Under the pieces are notes generated by a model, which saw only the letters and a program-made list of their open reading frames with translations, was not told where the DNA came from and did no database searches. A stretch of DNA of 64,000 bases from Kiritimatiellia bacterium (GTDB lineage: Bacteria; Verrucomicrobiota; Kiritimatiellia; RFP12; UBA1067), in contig JBMNFY010000008.1 in NCBI GenBank assembly GCA_050949565.1, positions 128,001 to 192,000 of the forward strand, given 5' to 3'. Shown here in pieces: positions 48,960-60,800 of the stretch. The position numbers were made by a program, and so were the translations under genes. Each line of letters begins with the position of its first letter. The stretch's first letter is position 1.

Positions 48960-49790
48960 TCACCGCAACGCGGCCACATCGCACTTGTCCATGTCGTCAA
49001 ACTCTTGATTCTCGCCGCCCATTGCCCACACGAATGCGTAAGAGCCGGTGCCGGCGCCGCAATGCACCGACCACGCGGGCGAGAGCACCACCTGCTTTTC
49101 TTGCACCGCCACATGACGCGTCTCGTCCGGCTCGCCCAAGAAGTGCATCACAAGGCCGTTTTCAGGCAGATCGAAGTAGCAATAGACCTCCGTGCGGCGG
49201 GTATGCGTGTGCGGCGGAAACGAATTCCAAACACTGCCCTCATGAAGCTCCGTGAACCCCATCACCAACTGACAGCTCCTGATAAAGCCCGGACGGATGA
49301 ACTGGTGGATCGTGCGGCGGTTCGATTCCGCCAACGAGCCCAGCTCGATATGGTTGGCATCCTTGAGGGCCGCTTTGGTTGTGGGATAGTCGGTGTGGGC
49401 CGGATAGGACACCAGATAAAACTGCGCGGGAGCTGCCGGATTGTCGCTGGCGCAGAGAATACCGCGGCTACCGCGACGGATGTAGAGACACTCGCGGTTT
49501 CCCATGTCATGGGTCGTGCCATCGACCACGATACTGCCGGCACCGCCCAGGTTGATGATACCCACCTCCCGACGTTCACAAAAATACGCGCAGGCCATCT
49601 CGCGGCTGCCCTTGAGTTCCAGCGGCTCCTCCAAAGGCACAATCCCGCCGACCACCGCGCGATCCACGTTGGTATAGACCAGATTTGCCTTGCCTTGCTG
49701 AAAAAGGTTCTCAATCACAAAACGGTCCCGCAACTCCTGCGTGGTCATCCTGCGAATCGAAAACCGATCGGAAGTCTCGATCATGTGCAT
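48960..49790 (-). CDS. kduI: 5-dehydro-4-deoxy-D-glucuronate isomerase
   Basis: [52 protein letters not shown]. Confidence 0.95.
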   Translation of the reverse strand: MHMIETSDRFSIRRMTTQELRDRFVIENLFQQGKANLVYTNVDRAVVGGIVPLEEPLELKGSREMACAYFCERREVGIINLGGAGSIVVDGTTHDMGNRECLYIRRGSRGILCASDNPAAPAQFYLVSYPAHTDYPTTKAALKDANHIELGSLAESNRRTIHQFIRPGFIRSCQLVMGFTELHEGSVWNSFPPHTHTRRTEVYCYFDLPENGLVMHFLGEPDETRHVAVQEKQVVLSPAWSVHCGAGTGSYAFVWAMGGENQEFDDMDKCDVAALR

Positions 49791-50012
49791 ATACTCTCCT
49801 TACCGTCGCCAATGATTGAACGCCGTCATCGTATCAACATCCCGCCCATAAACCAAGAGAGAAGAATAACGAAAGACCTGAAACCCTAACTCCGTCTTGC
49901 GGGTTCGGTCTGATTAGCCTATAGTTTAAACCATCAGGGGGAATCATTCGGCAAGGGTACGCATGTCCGCGTGCCGGCCGGCCGAGGCCCCTTCACATAA
50001 AGGAGCCTTGTG

Positions 50013-51020
50013 ATGAACGTACCGACTCCCGAGAAGTTGGAACGAATTGCTGTCGCTTACGCCGCCATTAAGAGTGAGATCAGCAGGGTGATCGTCGGAC
50101 AGGATGCCGTGATTCATCAGATATTGACGGCGTTGCTCTCGCGCGGACACTGCCTACTGTTGGGCGTGCCGGGATTGGCCAAGACGTTGATCGTCCGCAG
50201 TCTAGGCGAGGCGTTGGACCTCAGTTTCAACCGCGTACAGTTCACCCCCGACCTCATGCCCTCCGATATCACCGGCACCGAGATCCTCGACGAGGAATCG
50301 GGCAGCACGCGCCGCTCGTTGCGCTTTGTGCCCGGTCCCATCTTCACTAACCTATTGCTGGCCGATGAAATCAACCGCACGCCGCCCAAGACACAGGCCG
50401 CGCTGCTCGAAGCGATGCAGGAGAACGTCGTCACTACCGGCGGCCGCTCCATCCCGCTCCCGCAGCCCTTCTTTGTGCTGGCCACTCAGAACCCGATTGA
50501 GCAGGAAGGCACCTACCCGTTGCCCGAAGCACAGCTCGACCGTTTTATGTTCCTGATCCGAATGGACTATCCGGAACGCGCCGAAGAGATGCAGATCCTC
50601 CGTCAGACAACGATAAACCGCGACATCAACCTAACGCGCCGGGTCGACGGCGCGACGCTGCTCGACTTGCAACGCTGTGTGCGCGACATCCCGGTCAGCG
50701 AGCATGTGCTGGGATACTGCATTGATCTGGTACGCAACACGCGTCCGGCGGAGGCCACGGCCCCCGACTTTGTGCGCGCCAACCTAGCCTACGGTGCCGG
50801 TCCGCGCGCGGGGCAGTACCTTGTCCTTGCAGCCAAGGCGACCGCCGCGCTCGAAGGCCGTCTCAACGTCTGCTGCGCTGACGTGCGACGTAACGCGCAC
50901 GCCGTGCTGGGCCACCGGATCGCCTGTAATTTCCACGCCACCGGCGAGGGCATCGACGCCACGCAGATCATCGATCGTCTGCTGCAGCACGTCCCCGAGC
51001 CCAACAGTGCCGGCGTGTAA
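50013..51020 (+). CDS. MoxR family AAA+ ATPase
   Basis: [60 protein letters not shown]. Confidence 0.95.
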   Translation: MNVPTPEKLERIAVAYAAIKSEISRVIVGQDAVIHQILTALLSRGHCLLLGVPGLAKTLIVRSLGEALDLSFNRVQFTPDLMPSDITGTEILDEESGSTRRSLRFVPGPIFTNLLLADEINRTPPKTQAALLEAMQENVVTTGGRSIPLPQPFFVLATQNPIEQEGTYPLPEAQLDRFMFLIRMDYPERAEEMQILRQTTINRDINLTRRVDGATLLDLQRCVRDIPVSEHVLGYCIDLVRNTRPAEATAPDFVRANLAYGAGPRAGQYLVLAAKATAALEGRLNVCCADVRRNAHAVLGHRIACNFHATGEGIDATQIIDRLLQHVPEPNSAGV

Positions 51021-51032
51021 GCCGACGGAAGG

Positions 51033-52010
51033 ATGCGGATGAACATGTCCACCGCAGACAGACACGCCAATAATCGACAGGACCCACTGCGCCAGACCGG
51101 CGCTCAGGGCCTCCGTGCCGCGCACTCGTCCCGGCTGCTCTCGCCCCGCATGCTCGACAGCCTCAAAAACCTCGAACTGGTCGCCCGCGCCATGGTGGAG
51201 GGTTCCCTCACGGGCCTGCACCGCTCCCCCTACCACGGTTTCTCCTCCGAGTTTTCTGAATACCGTAAGTACTGCCCCGGCGATGCCGTCAAACATGTGG
51301 ACTGGGTGGCCTACGCCAAGACCGACCGCTACTATGTCAAACAGTACGAGGACGAAACCAACACGCGCGCCTACATCGTGCTCGACCGCTCGGGATCCAT
51401 GGCGCTGGGCGCAGCGAAGAACCACAAATTCAACTACGCCTGTTACCTCGCGGCGGCCTTTCTCTATCTCATGCAGCGCCAAAAGGATGCGGTCGGTTTG
51501 TTCACTTACACCGACCGCATCGAGTCCTATTACCCCGCCAAAACATCGCGGATGCACATGCTGAGTCTGTTGGCGCACCTCGAAAGCCTCGTCCCCACAG
51601 GCCGCTCACAGGCCGCTCCCTGCTTTCACCGTATCGCCGAAGAGGTCCACCGGCGTTCGATCGTGCTGATCTTTTCCGACTTTCTTGATCCAGATCCCGA
51701 TTTCATCGCGAGTCTGCGGCACTTCCAGCATAAAGGCTGCGAGGTGTTGCTGTTTCAAGTGTTGGACCCGCTAGAGACCACCTTCCCCTTTCGCGGCTTG
51801 ATCGAATTTCGCGATTTAGAAACCGGCGAGTGCATGGAGATCGAAAGCGAAGACTGCCGCCCCCTCTACTTGGAAGCGTTTAATCGCGCTCAGCAGAGCT
51901 TGCGCCGCAACAGTGCCCGCATGAACATGACGTTCGAAACCCTGAGCACCGGCACACCGTTCGACAGAGCGCTGCTCGCCTATTTTCACAAACGGGAACG
52001 ACTTTTCTGA
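51033..52010 (+). CDS. DUF58 domain protein (MoxR partner)
   Basis: GLHRSPYHGFSSEFSEYRKY.PGD, DW...AK, LDRSGSM, FSDF. Confidence 0.92.
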   Translation: MRMNMSTADRHANNRQDPLRQTGAQGLRAAHSSRLLSPRMLDSLKNLELVARAMVEGSLTGLHRSPYHGFSSEFSEYRKYCPGDAVKHVDWVAYAKTDRYYVKQYEDETNTRAYIVLDRSGSMALGAAKNHKFNYACYLAAAFLYLMQRQKDAVGLFTYTDRIESYYPAKTSRMHMLSLLAHLESLVPTGRSQAAPCFHRIAEEVHRRSIVLIFSDFLDPDPDFIASLRHFQHKGCEVLLFQVLDPLETTFPFRGLIEFRDLETGECMEIESEDCRPLYLEAFNRAQQSLRRNSARMNMTFETLSTGTPFDRALLAYFHKRERLF

Positions 52011-54031
52011 TGCATGTGGGCCATCCACTTTTTCTATGGGGACTTTTAGCAGTCCCGCTTCCCATCCTGCTCCACCTCTTCTTCAGGCGGCGCAGGGCCA
52101 ACATCGAATTTTCGACGCTCCAGTTCTTCCAGCAGCAAAAACGCTACCTGGCCCACCGTCGGCGTGTGCGTGAGTGGCTGCTCCTGCTGGTTCGCACCCT
52201 GAGCATTCTCGTCCTGACGCTGGCCCTGGCCGGCATCACGCTGCAACGCTTCTCGCCCGCACTCGCCGCGCGCACCGCAGTGGCGATCGTGCTCGACGAC
52301 ACCCTCTCCATGGATCGCAAGCTAGGCGCCGGCATGACTGCCTTCGCCCTCGCCGCGCAGAAGGCTGATGAAATCCTGAACACTCTATCGGAAGGCGATG
52401 CGGCGGCGCTGACCTTGGTCTCCGGACGTACGGGCATCGCCCTGACACGCAAGCGACAGGCCGTGCGCCGCGTTCTCGAAGAACTCCGCGTGACCGGTGC
52501 CTCCGGTTCTTTCGCCGCCGCGCTGCAACGCGCACAACAAGACCTGACGGCTGGCGGCATCCAAAACCGTGAGATCTACGTGATCTCAGATTTTCAAAGC
52601 AACCAAGCGCCCTCCGCCCCGATTGAACTCGAACAGACCAAGGGGTTGCGTCTTTATCTGGTGCCGCTCAGTGGCCCCTCCGACAATCTTTCCATTCCGC
52701 GTCTGGCGCTCTCGACACGCCCGCAGATGGTCAACAAGCCGCTTGTCATTCCCTATGAAATCGCCAACCATGGCGAACACAGTCGCGATACGGAAGTCAG
52801 TCTGGTGATCGGCACGGAAACCATCCGCAGTGACGCGCTTCATATCCCCGCCAGCGATCGCGCCACCGGACGTTTTGAATATGTGCCGCCGCACGCTGGC
52901 GTGGTCAATGGCGCCGTGCGCATCGCCGACTCGTCGCTCGCGCTTGACAACACACACTGGTTCACGCTCAACGTGAGCGAGAATATCCGTGCCCTGCTGA
53001 TCGAGGCCGACCTCCTGAGCCGCGTCCGCCCCTTCCACTTCCTCTCTTTGGCGCTTGATCCCTCGGGCGGCCAGGCGGTGAATGGTATTCTCGCCGAGCA
53101 GGGTTTTCTCAATGAATTGCAACCCCGCGAATTGGAGCGGCACCATGTCGCGGTGTTTGCCAACCCACCGCCCTTCAACGCGCAGGCCGCCGTCCTGCTG
53201 ACGCGCTACCTCGAAGGCGGCGGCAGTGTACTGGTGTTCGCCGGCGGCGACGTAGGGCCTGACACCTTTGCCGCTTTTCAAAACGAGGCGCTGCGCAAAC
53301 TGTTCGGCGCGCGCGACCCAAGCTCGCGCACCGACATGACCTTCAAGGACGCACTGGCCGGACTCAACGATCTGCTCCAGATGGACCTTGTCACTTGGCA
53401 ACGCCTGAATACCCTCTCGCCTGCCCCCTCCGCTACCGTGCTGGCTGAGTGTCGCGGTATGCCCATGATTGTTGAGCAGCCGGTGGGTGCCGGCCGTCTG
53501 ATCGCCTGCGCTTTTTCCGTGCGCCGCGACACCAGCAACTGGCCGGAGTTGAAATCCTTCCCGATCGCCATGATCCATCTGATGACGCATGCCGCCCATG
53601 AGTCGCAACAACATGCGAACATCGCTTGCGGTCAGACCGTGCGCCTCACCGCGCTTGATGCTGACGATACCGTCCTCGCCTGTAGTTATCATGACGGTGC
53701 ACAGGTCGAGCGCCCTGTGCAAGATGGCGCGGCCAGCCTCAGTGAAACGTGGCAACCCGGCATCATCACCGCCGAACGGGCCACGCCGCGCTCGCTGGCG
53801 GTCAACACGGTCGCTTCTGAAAGCGAGTTGGCGTGCTGGTCGTCCGGCAAGCTCAGCGCGCTGGCATCGATCAAAGCACATGTCCTCAAGGCGGACGCCG
53901 CCATCGATACGCAAATCCGCGCTGCACGCCGAGGCAGCGACCTCTCCGGCATCCTGCTGGTGCTGCTCCTTTTCCTGCTCACAGCCGAAGCCCTGCTCGG
54001 CAACGCCTATCTTTCAAACCGTCGATCATGA
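52010..54031 (+). CDS. BatA N-terminal plus VWA domain membrane protein
   Basis: LAVPLPILLHL BatA motif, LDDTLSM MIDAS-like motif, VISDFQ, C-terminal TM. Confidence 0.88.
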   Translation: MHVGHPLFLWGLLAVPLPILLHLFFRRRRANIEFSTLQFFQQQKRYLAHRRRVREWLLLLVRTLSILVLTLALAGITLQRFSPALAARTAVAIVLDDTLSMDRKLGAGMTAFALAAQKADEILNTLSEGDAAALTLVSGRTGIALTRKRQAVRRVLEELRVTGASGSFAAALQRAQQDLTAGGIQNREIYVISDFQSNQAPSAPIELEQTKGLRLYLVPLSGPSDNLSIPRLALSTRPQMVNKPLVIPYEIANHGEHSRDTEVSLVIGTETIRSDALHIPASDRATGRFEYVPPHAGVVNGAVRIADSSLALDNTHWFTLNVSENIRALLIEADLLSRVRPFHFLSLALDPSGGQAVNGILAEQGFLNELQPRELERHHVAVFANPPPFNAQAAVLLTRYLEGGGSVLVFAGGDVGPDTFAAFQNEALRKLFGARDPSSRTDMTFKDALAGLNDLLQMDLVTWQRLNTLSPAPSATVLAECRGMPMIVEQPVGAGRLIACAFSVRRDTSNWPELKSFPIAMIHLMTHAAHESQQHANIACGQTVRLTALDADDTVLACSYHDGAQVERPVQDGAASLSETWQPGIITAERATPRSLAVNTVASESELACWSSGKLSALASIKAHVLKADAAIDTQIRAARRGSDLSGILLVLLLFLLTAEALLGNAYLSNRRS

Positions 54032-56187
54032 CCTTTTATCCACTCATCCCGCTCTGGACGTTCGCGCTCCTGCTACCGCTGGTAGCGGTTGCCACCTTCT
54101 ATGCGTTCAAGTACCGCAACCCCGCCGTAACGGCGTCGCGCCACCGCCTGTTGGTGGCGTTGCGCGTGGCCAGCCTTATACTGGTGGTGTTCATGCTGCT
54201 CTGTCCGGGCCAGATGATCGAAGAGCGCAATCTAGAAAAGTCGCAGATCGTTTTTCTGGTCGACCGTTCCGCTTCGATGGGCACACGTGACCTGCCGCAT
54301 GGCGAAACGCGCCTGTCACGCGCCGCCGCCTTCCTACGCGACACGCCGCTGCGCCGCCTCTCCGACTACCCCCGCGCGTTATATGCGTTTCATCACGACA
54401 CCGAACAGATCGAGTCACCCGATGCTTTGTCAGACCTGACTCCTGAAGGCGGCACCGACCTGCGCCAAGCGATTGACCGCGTTGATAAAGACATCGGACT
54501 CGCGCGCGTGGCGGCGCTGGTTTTGGTGAGCGACGGCATCGACCACTCCGGCTTCAAGGGCAGCGACCTGACAGTCCCGGTCATGAGCGTGCAGGTCGGC
54601 ACCGATTTGGCCGACGTGCAGGATCTCGGCATTGAATCGTTCGCTTGTCCAGACACACTCTACGAAGGGGAAACGCTCACGCTGGCGGTTCCCGTAATGC
54701 TGAGCGGATACCCCCTCGAACAACGTGCGGCGTTCCGTGTCTTTGCCGACGATGTCCCGATCCACAACGCCACACTCACGCTGGCCAGCGGTCGGCTGCA
54801 CACCGAACCGGTCTCCGTCACGTTTTCCAAAACCGGCATCCACACGCTGCGGATTGAATGCGACAGTCTGCCGGGCGAGGCGACGCTCCTCAACAACCGA
54901 CGTGAATTTGCCATCGAAGTCGTGACCGCCAAAAGCGAGATCGTCGCCTATTTCCCGCTGCTGAACAACAGCTTCCGCCCGTTGCTGCGAGAGTTCACCA
55001 AAGATGAATCCGACGCCTTCACAGCCGTCTACCGGGTCTCGGAGGGCGTGTTCCGTCTCCAAGGCCGCAAGCCCAACCCCGCTTTTCAAAACGGCCTGCC
55101 GGCCAGTGCCGACGCGCTCAAAACGGTCACCTGCCTGATCCTCGGCGCACACAACGGCGACCTCCTGACACCCGCCGAAGCGCTCGTCTTGGAGCACTAT
55201 GTGAATCAGGGCGGCTCGTTGGTCTGCCTCGCCGGCAGTGATGCCTTCGGCCGTCTGCCGACCGGCTCCCCGCTGCTTCGCCTCTTGCCGGTTGTGACGC
55301 TTGAGCAGTCGTTCCAAGAAGGCACGTTCCGTGTTGTGCCCGACCCCGCCGCGCATGGCGCGCTGGCCGATCAAGTCCGCGCGATCATCAGCGACAACGG
55401 CGATGCGGCGAACTTCACGCTCAACGGCCTTAATTTGGTCAAGGACGTTAAGGCCGGTGCTCGGGTTGAACTGTGGGCGGAAAGCGACGCGCGCCAGCCG
55501 TTGCTCGTATGGCACACCTACGGACGCGGCAAGGTGATCGCGCTCTTGAGCAACGCCTTTCACCTTTGGGGCGAGCCCGACCGACGCGAAGACAACTACG
55601 GGCGTTTCTGGCGTCAGCTTGCAGCCTTCGCCAGCCGCACGGCGGACGATGCCGATCTTTTGAAGGTGACGCTCAGCAAACGCGAACTCGCGGCAGGCGA
55701 GAGCGTGACCGTCACAGCCGAGGCCCGCCACCCCGACGGCAATGAAGCCGCATTGAGCGTCAAGGCTGATCTCTTCGCTATGGGCCGCGACACGCCGGAA
55801 GCGAGCCGGACGCTTGATCGTCGCACGGGACACTTCGCGGCGGAACTGCCCGGATTGCAGCCCGGCCGCTATGTGTTGCGTGTCACGTCAGCCGATGGTC
55901 AAACGGTGATCCGCACCCGTTACGCCTTCTTGTTGGTCGGCGATGTGTTGTCGGAACAGATGCACCTGCGCTCAGAGCGCGAACGCCTACTCAGCTTCAG
56001 CAGCGAACGCCACCTGTTCACGCCTGCGGACGGTGCCGCACTTGAAGAGCGGTTGATCGATGCCGTCCGCAAGAATGTGGTCCAGCGCGAACGTTTCCTG
56101 ATCTACGAGACACCGCTCTTTTTTGTGGCGCTGCTCCTCCTGCTGTTGAGCGAATGGCTGCTGCGCCGCCGCTTCAACCTCTTCTAA
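54028..56187 (+). CDS. VWA plus class I glutamine-amidotransferase-like membrane protein
   Basis: Start at the ATGA overlap (MTFYPLIP); VDRSASM, VSDG, GRGKV, FWRQL, C-terminal EWLLRRR. Confidence 0.85.
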   Translation: MTFYPLIPLWTFALLLPLVAVATFYAFKYRNPAVTASRHRLLVALRVASLILVVFMLLCPGQMIEERNLEKSQIVFLVDRSASMGTRDLPHGETRLSRAAAFLRDTPLRRLSDYPRALYAFHHDTEQIESPDALSDLTPEGGTDLRQAIDRVDKDIGLARVAALVLVSDGIDHSGFKGSDLTVPVMSVQVGTDLADVQDLGIESFACPDTLYEGETLTLAVPVMLSGYPLEQRAAFRVFADDVPIHNATLTLASGRLHTEPVSVTFSKTGIHTLRIECDSLPGEATLLNNRREFAIEVVTAKSEIVAYFPLLNNSFRPLLREFTKDESDAFTAVYRVSEGVFRLQGRKPNPAFQNGLPASADALKTVTCLILGAHNGDLLTPAEALVLEHYVNQGGSLVCLAGSDAFGRLPTGSPLLRLLPVVTLEQSFQEGTFRVVPDPAAHGALADQVRAIISDNGDAANFTLNGLNLVKDVKAGARVELWAESDARQPLLVWHTYGRGKVIALLSNAFHLWGEPDRREDNYGRFWRQLAAFASRTADDADLLKVTLSKRELAAGESVTVTAEARHPDGNEAALSVKADLFAMGRDTPEASRTLDRRTGHFAAELPGLQPGRYVLRVTSADGQTVIRTRYAFLLVGDVLSEQMHLRSERERLLSFSSERHLFTPADGAALEERLIDAVRKNVVQRERFLIYETPLFFVALLLLLLSEWLLRRRFNLF

Positions 56188-56194
56188 CCTCGAA

Positions 56195-57652
56195 CTAAAC
56201 CTTCTCCGGCACTTCAAAGCCTTTGCGGTATGTGCGTCCGAGATAGCGGTTGGCCTCGTCGGCGAAGTCGCCGGTGAAGCGTTCCGCCGCCGGGTCGAAG
56301 CGCAGATACGGCCCGAGCGCGGGCGGGGTCTTGCGGAGATCGATCCCGTTGGCTTCGAGATGGACGTGCATCCGCTCCCATGCCTTGAGAAAGTCGCCGT
56401 TGAAGGCGAGACGCTCGCGGATCTGTTCCGGCGCGGCCCCTTTTCCGAGGCGGTGCGCGATGTTGCCCAGATGCACCAGGCTCGTCGATATGTGGGCTTC
56501 GGAAATATCGTAATACGGCATGCCCGGTTTGCCGCGAACGGCATCGAAGAAAGCTGAGCGCACCGACCGCAATGCCGGCTTGAACTCCTTGACCAACTTG
56601 CCGTCTTTATCGTAGGCCTTGTTGCCGACCGTGTAGCCGTTTTCGCACTGAACGGAGGTCGTGTATGACTGGCCGTGGAGCGCGTCCATGTCCTGCTGTC
56701 CCCACGCGCCGTTTTTCTGGAGGCGGCTCTCGCGCGGCAACGCCCGCATCTCGTAGATGATCGGCAACGGCTCGTAATCGAAGAACGTGATCTGCGTGTT
56801 GGGCGTTGCGCCGTCATCGTCATAGCCGAAGCGACCGCCGACGCTCAGCACGCCTTTCGGCATGCCCTGCCCCGCGACCTCGCGCGCGCCATCCAAAAGG
56901 TGGATGCCCCAGTTACCGAGTTCACCATTGCCGGTGTCCCAATCCCAGTGCCAGTCGTAGTGCAGATTCTGGCGCATGAGCGGCTTCATCGGCGCCGGAC
57001 CGCACCAGAGGTTGTAGTCGAGCGTCGAGGGGATCGGCGTCGGGGCAGACACTTTGCCGATACTCGTCCGCGCACCGTAACGCACCGCATGGATGTAGAG
57101 CGGCTTGCCGAGGTTGCCGTCGATGGCAAAACGCGCGGCTTCGCGGAAACCGGCCATTGAGCGGGTCATCGTGGACGAGTAGACCACGCGGTTGTAGGCG
57201 CGGGCGGCCTCGACCATTTTGCGTCCCTCGAACAGATTGTGGCTGACCGGCTTCTGGACAAAGACATGCTTGCCGGCCTGAGCGGCGTGGATACACACCA
57301 GCGCGTGCCAGTGGTTCGGCGTGGTGACCCAGACCGCATCGATATCCTTGCGTTCCAGCAGTTTCCGGTAGTCGGCAAAGGTCTCGGGCTTCTCGTTGTG
57401 TTTGGCGCACTCGTCGAGCGCATAACCGAGATTGACGGAATCGACATCGCAGATCGCCGCGATCCGGACCCCCGGCACGGTGCGGCAGGCGCGCATGTCG
57501 TTACGCCCCATGCCGCCGATCTTGACTTTCGATCCCATGCCGACGATCGCCAGCCGGATAGCATCATTCGCACCCTGCGCACGAAGGCGCGTAGCGGCGG
57601 ACAGAAACGTTGCCGCACCAACACCCACTCTCAAAAAGTTCCGACGATTCAT
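56195..57652 (-). CDS. Tat-exported Gfo/Idh/MocA family oxidoreductase
   Basis: MNRRNFLR twin-arginine signal; TTPNHWH, GKHVFVQKP, LWCGPAP, GNGELGNWGIH. Confidence 0.9.
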   Translation of the reverse strand: MNRRNFLRVGVGAATFLSAATRLRAQGANDAIRLAIVGMGSKVKIGGMGRNDMRACRTVPGVRIAAICDVDSVNLGYALDECAKHNEKPETFADYRKLLERKDIDAVWVTTPNHWHALVCIHAAQAGKHVFVQKPVSHNLFEGRKMVEAARAYNRVVYSSTMTRSMAGFREAARFAIDGNLGKPLYIHAVRYGARTSIGKVSAPTPIPSTLDYNLWCGPAPMKPLMRQNLHYDWHWDWDTGNGELGNWGIHLLDGAREVAGQGMPKGVLSVGGRFGYDDDGATPNTQITFFDYEPLPIIYEMRALPRESRLQKNGAWGQQDMDALHGQSYTTSVQCENGYTVGNKAYDKDGKLVKEFKPALRSVRSAFFDAVRGKPGMPYYDISEAHISTSLVHLGNIAHRLGKGAAPEQIRERLAFNGDFLKAWERMHVHLEANGIDLRKTPPALGPYLRFDPAAERFTGDFADEANRYLGRTYRKGFEVPEKV

Positions 57653-57862
57653 ATCCCCTCCCATGATCCGGGTCTGCAACTTGCCACCCGATATTCGGGA
57701 TCGTAGTCAATCCGTGCCGTGAAGTCAACAACCACCCGACTGCGACCGCGAAACGTAAAATGACCATTTCGATTTTACAAGGATACCGAAATGGAATATC
57801 CTGTTCGTAGTTTCGATTGTGATTGGCCTCTATCCACCCACAGATCTCCGAGGTATCCTGTT

Positions 57863-60800
57863 ATGCAAGCGAAATGTATGCTTCACAAACGGATCATACG
57901 CAACCTCATCGGCTGGAGCCTCTGCAGCTTTGCTTGGATCTCCTCGGTCGGAGCACAAAAAGCCGCCGACCAAGTAGAAGTCGTCCCCTTATTGTCTGCG
58001 GCGGAACAGGCAGCAGCCGATGAGTTCCTCGCAAACATGAGAAAAACGCCATCGGGCAGTACCTGTGGGAAAACCGGCGGGACATGCGCAACGAACTTGT
58101 CCGCCGCCATGTGACCTATTTTCATGCCCGAGGGGCTGACATTGAGGCGAACCCGAACAACGTCGGCAACACCCCGCTCCATTGGGCGACGATCAGCAAC
58201 GGAGGCGTCGAAATCGTCAAGCTCCTCGTTTCCTTGGGAGCGAAAGTCAATGCAAGAAACAACAATCGATTTACGCCGCTCCATTTTGCGGCGGGGAAGG
58301 ATAGTGACGGTGAGACCGTCAGATTCCTCGTCTCCCAAGGAGCCGATGTCGACGCGAAGAGTAGATATGGCGACACCCCGCTCATTTATCTGATGCGATG
58401 GCGGGACAAGGGCTCAAAAAAAAGCGCTGAAATCGCCGGGTTCCTCATGGACAACGGAGCGGATGTCAACACGAAGGACACCTACGGATTGACGCCGCTC
58501 CATGAGGCGCTGGAGAAAGGGAAAGACCTCGAAACCGTCAAACTCCTCATTTCAAAGGGGGCGAACATCCACGCGAAGGACCGATACCGCCAGACTCCGC
58601 TCTGTAAGACGGCGGAAGAGGGCGGAAATATCGAGATCATCAAGTACCTTGTGTCCCAAGGCGCGGATGTCAATGCGCGCGAAGATGGCGATCCTACTCC
58701 GCTCTGCTATGCGGCATGGAAGAATACGAATCTCGAATTCATCAAATGCCTCGTGTCCCTTGGCGGGGACATTCATGCGAAGGACGACCGCGGCACAACC
58801 CCGCTGCATTTTGCAGCGCAACGCAATCCCAACCTTGATGTCGTCAAGTATTTCGTCTCCCTCGGATTGGACATTCACGCGAAGACCGATATCAGCGGCG
58901 GCGGCACTCCGCTCCATTACGCCGTGGGCAACGACAAAGCTGTCGAACTCATCGACTACCTCGTTTCTTTGGGTGCGGACATCCGTGCGGTCAACAAGGA
59001 CGGCGACTCCCTGCTCCATCAAGCGGCAGGATACAGCAGAAAGGTCGAGGTCTTGAAGCATCTTGTTGCACTCGGACTGGATATCCACGCAAAGAACAAC
59101 GACGGAAGACGCCCGATCCATTATGCGGCGAAAAACCCGAACCTTGACATGATCACCTATCTCGTCTCCATCGGGGCGGATATCCATGCGAAGACCGAAA
59201 AAGGCGACCGTTACGTCCTTGTAGCGGGGCAGACTCCGCTTCATTTCGCCGCACAGAATAAGAACCTCGAAGTCACAAAGTACCTTGTCTCCCTTGGGGC
59301 AGATGTCCAGGCGAAGGACGGCAAAGGCCAGACCCCGTTCGATCTTGCGGTGGCGCGCAACGACAACGCCAAAGTGGTCGAGTACCTCGCGTCCTTCGGG
59401 GAAGACGTCCACACGAAAGACAAAGACGGCCACACCCTGCTCCACCGGGCCGCCGGAAACGGCAACCTCGCGATTGTCGAACGTCTCGTCGCAAAAGGGG
59501 CCGCCGTAAACGAGAAAGCGAACAACGGCGAGACCCCGCTCCATGTCGCGGCGCGGCGGGGAAACGGCGAGATCGTCGAGTTTCTTTTGTGCGAAGGGGC
59601 GGACGTTGATGCGAAAGACAACGGCGGCGCAACGCCGCTCCATTCGGCGGCATGGGGGAGGTGTTGTAGCGATGACATCGACACCATCCGTTGCCTTGTT
59701 GCCTACGAGGCGGATGTCAATGCGAAGGACAAGGTTGGCGAGACCCCGCTCTGGAAAGTGGCGATGTGGGAGAACCTTAAAGCCGTCAAACACCTCGTCT
59801 CGCACGGAGCGGAAGTCAATGTGACCAACGCCTGGAGGACACTGCTCCATGAGACGGTGAGGTCGGAGAGGCGCTTGGATGTCTTCAAGTATTTCGTCGA
59901 GCGCGGCGGGGCGGATCTCAACATCAGAGACGCAGAAGGAAACTCCTTGCTCCATGCGGCGGCATGGGAAAACGAGAAAACGGACATTGTTGAATACCTT
60001 TTGATCAAAGGGCTGGAACTCAACGCGAAAAACAAACGCGGGGTTGCCCCGCTCCATCTGGCGGCGATGAACAAAAAGGGCTGTGCAATCGTCCGCTTCC
60101 TGGTTGCAAAAGGAGCCGATGTCAACGCACGAAGCGAAGGCGACATGGGGTTGCTCCATTTGGCTGCGTATTACAACGCGGGCATCGACACCTTCACATA
60201 CATCATGTCCCTCGGGCTGAATGTGAACGCGAAAGACGGAAACGACTGCACGCCGCTTTACTATGCGGCGGGGTGGGACAAAAACCCCGAAGTCACCCGA
60301 CTCCTTGTCGCCAAGGGGGCGGATGTCTATGCGAGGAACCGGAGCGGCGAGTCACCGATCGACGTTGCAAAACGCATGGGAAACACGGATGTCGTCGCGT
60401 ATCTTGCGGATCGGTTTGCCATCGATCAAACGAAAGCCGATGCGCTGATCGAAAAACACGGGAAAGCCGCTCTTGCGCATTACCTGCAAGGGAGCACCGT
60501 CGACGCGCGCGAAAAGGCGCTGACCCTCGATTACGTCCGGTATTTCGTTTCCAAAGGCTCAGATGTCAATGCGAAGACCGATGACGGACAGACCCCGCTC
60601 CATCATGCGAGGGACGCCTTTGTTGTCCGTTTCCTCATTCTCAAGGGAGCCGATGTCCACGCGCAAGACAACAACGGCAACACCCCGCTACACCGGGCGG
60701 CGGAACGCGGAAACGCCGATATCGTCAAACGCCTCGTTGGAAAGGGCGCCGATCTCAAGGCGAAAAACAAACAGGGCGAGACACCGCCTGACATCGCCAA

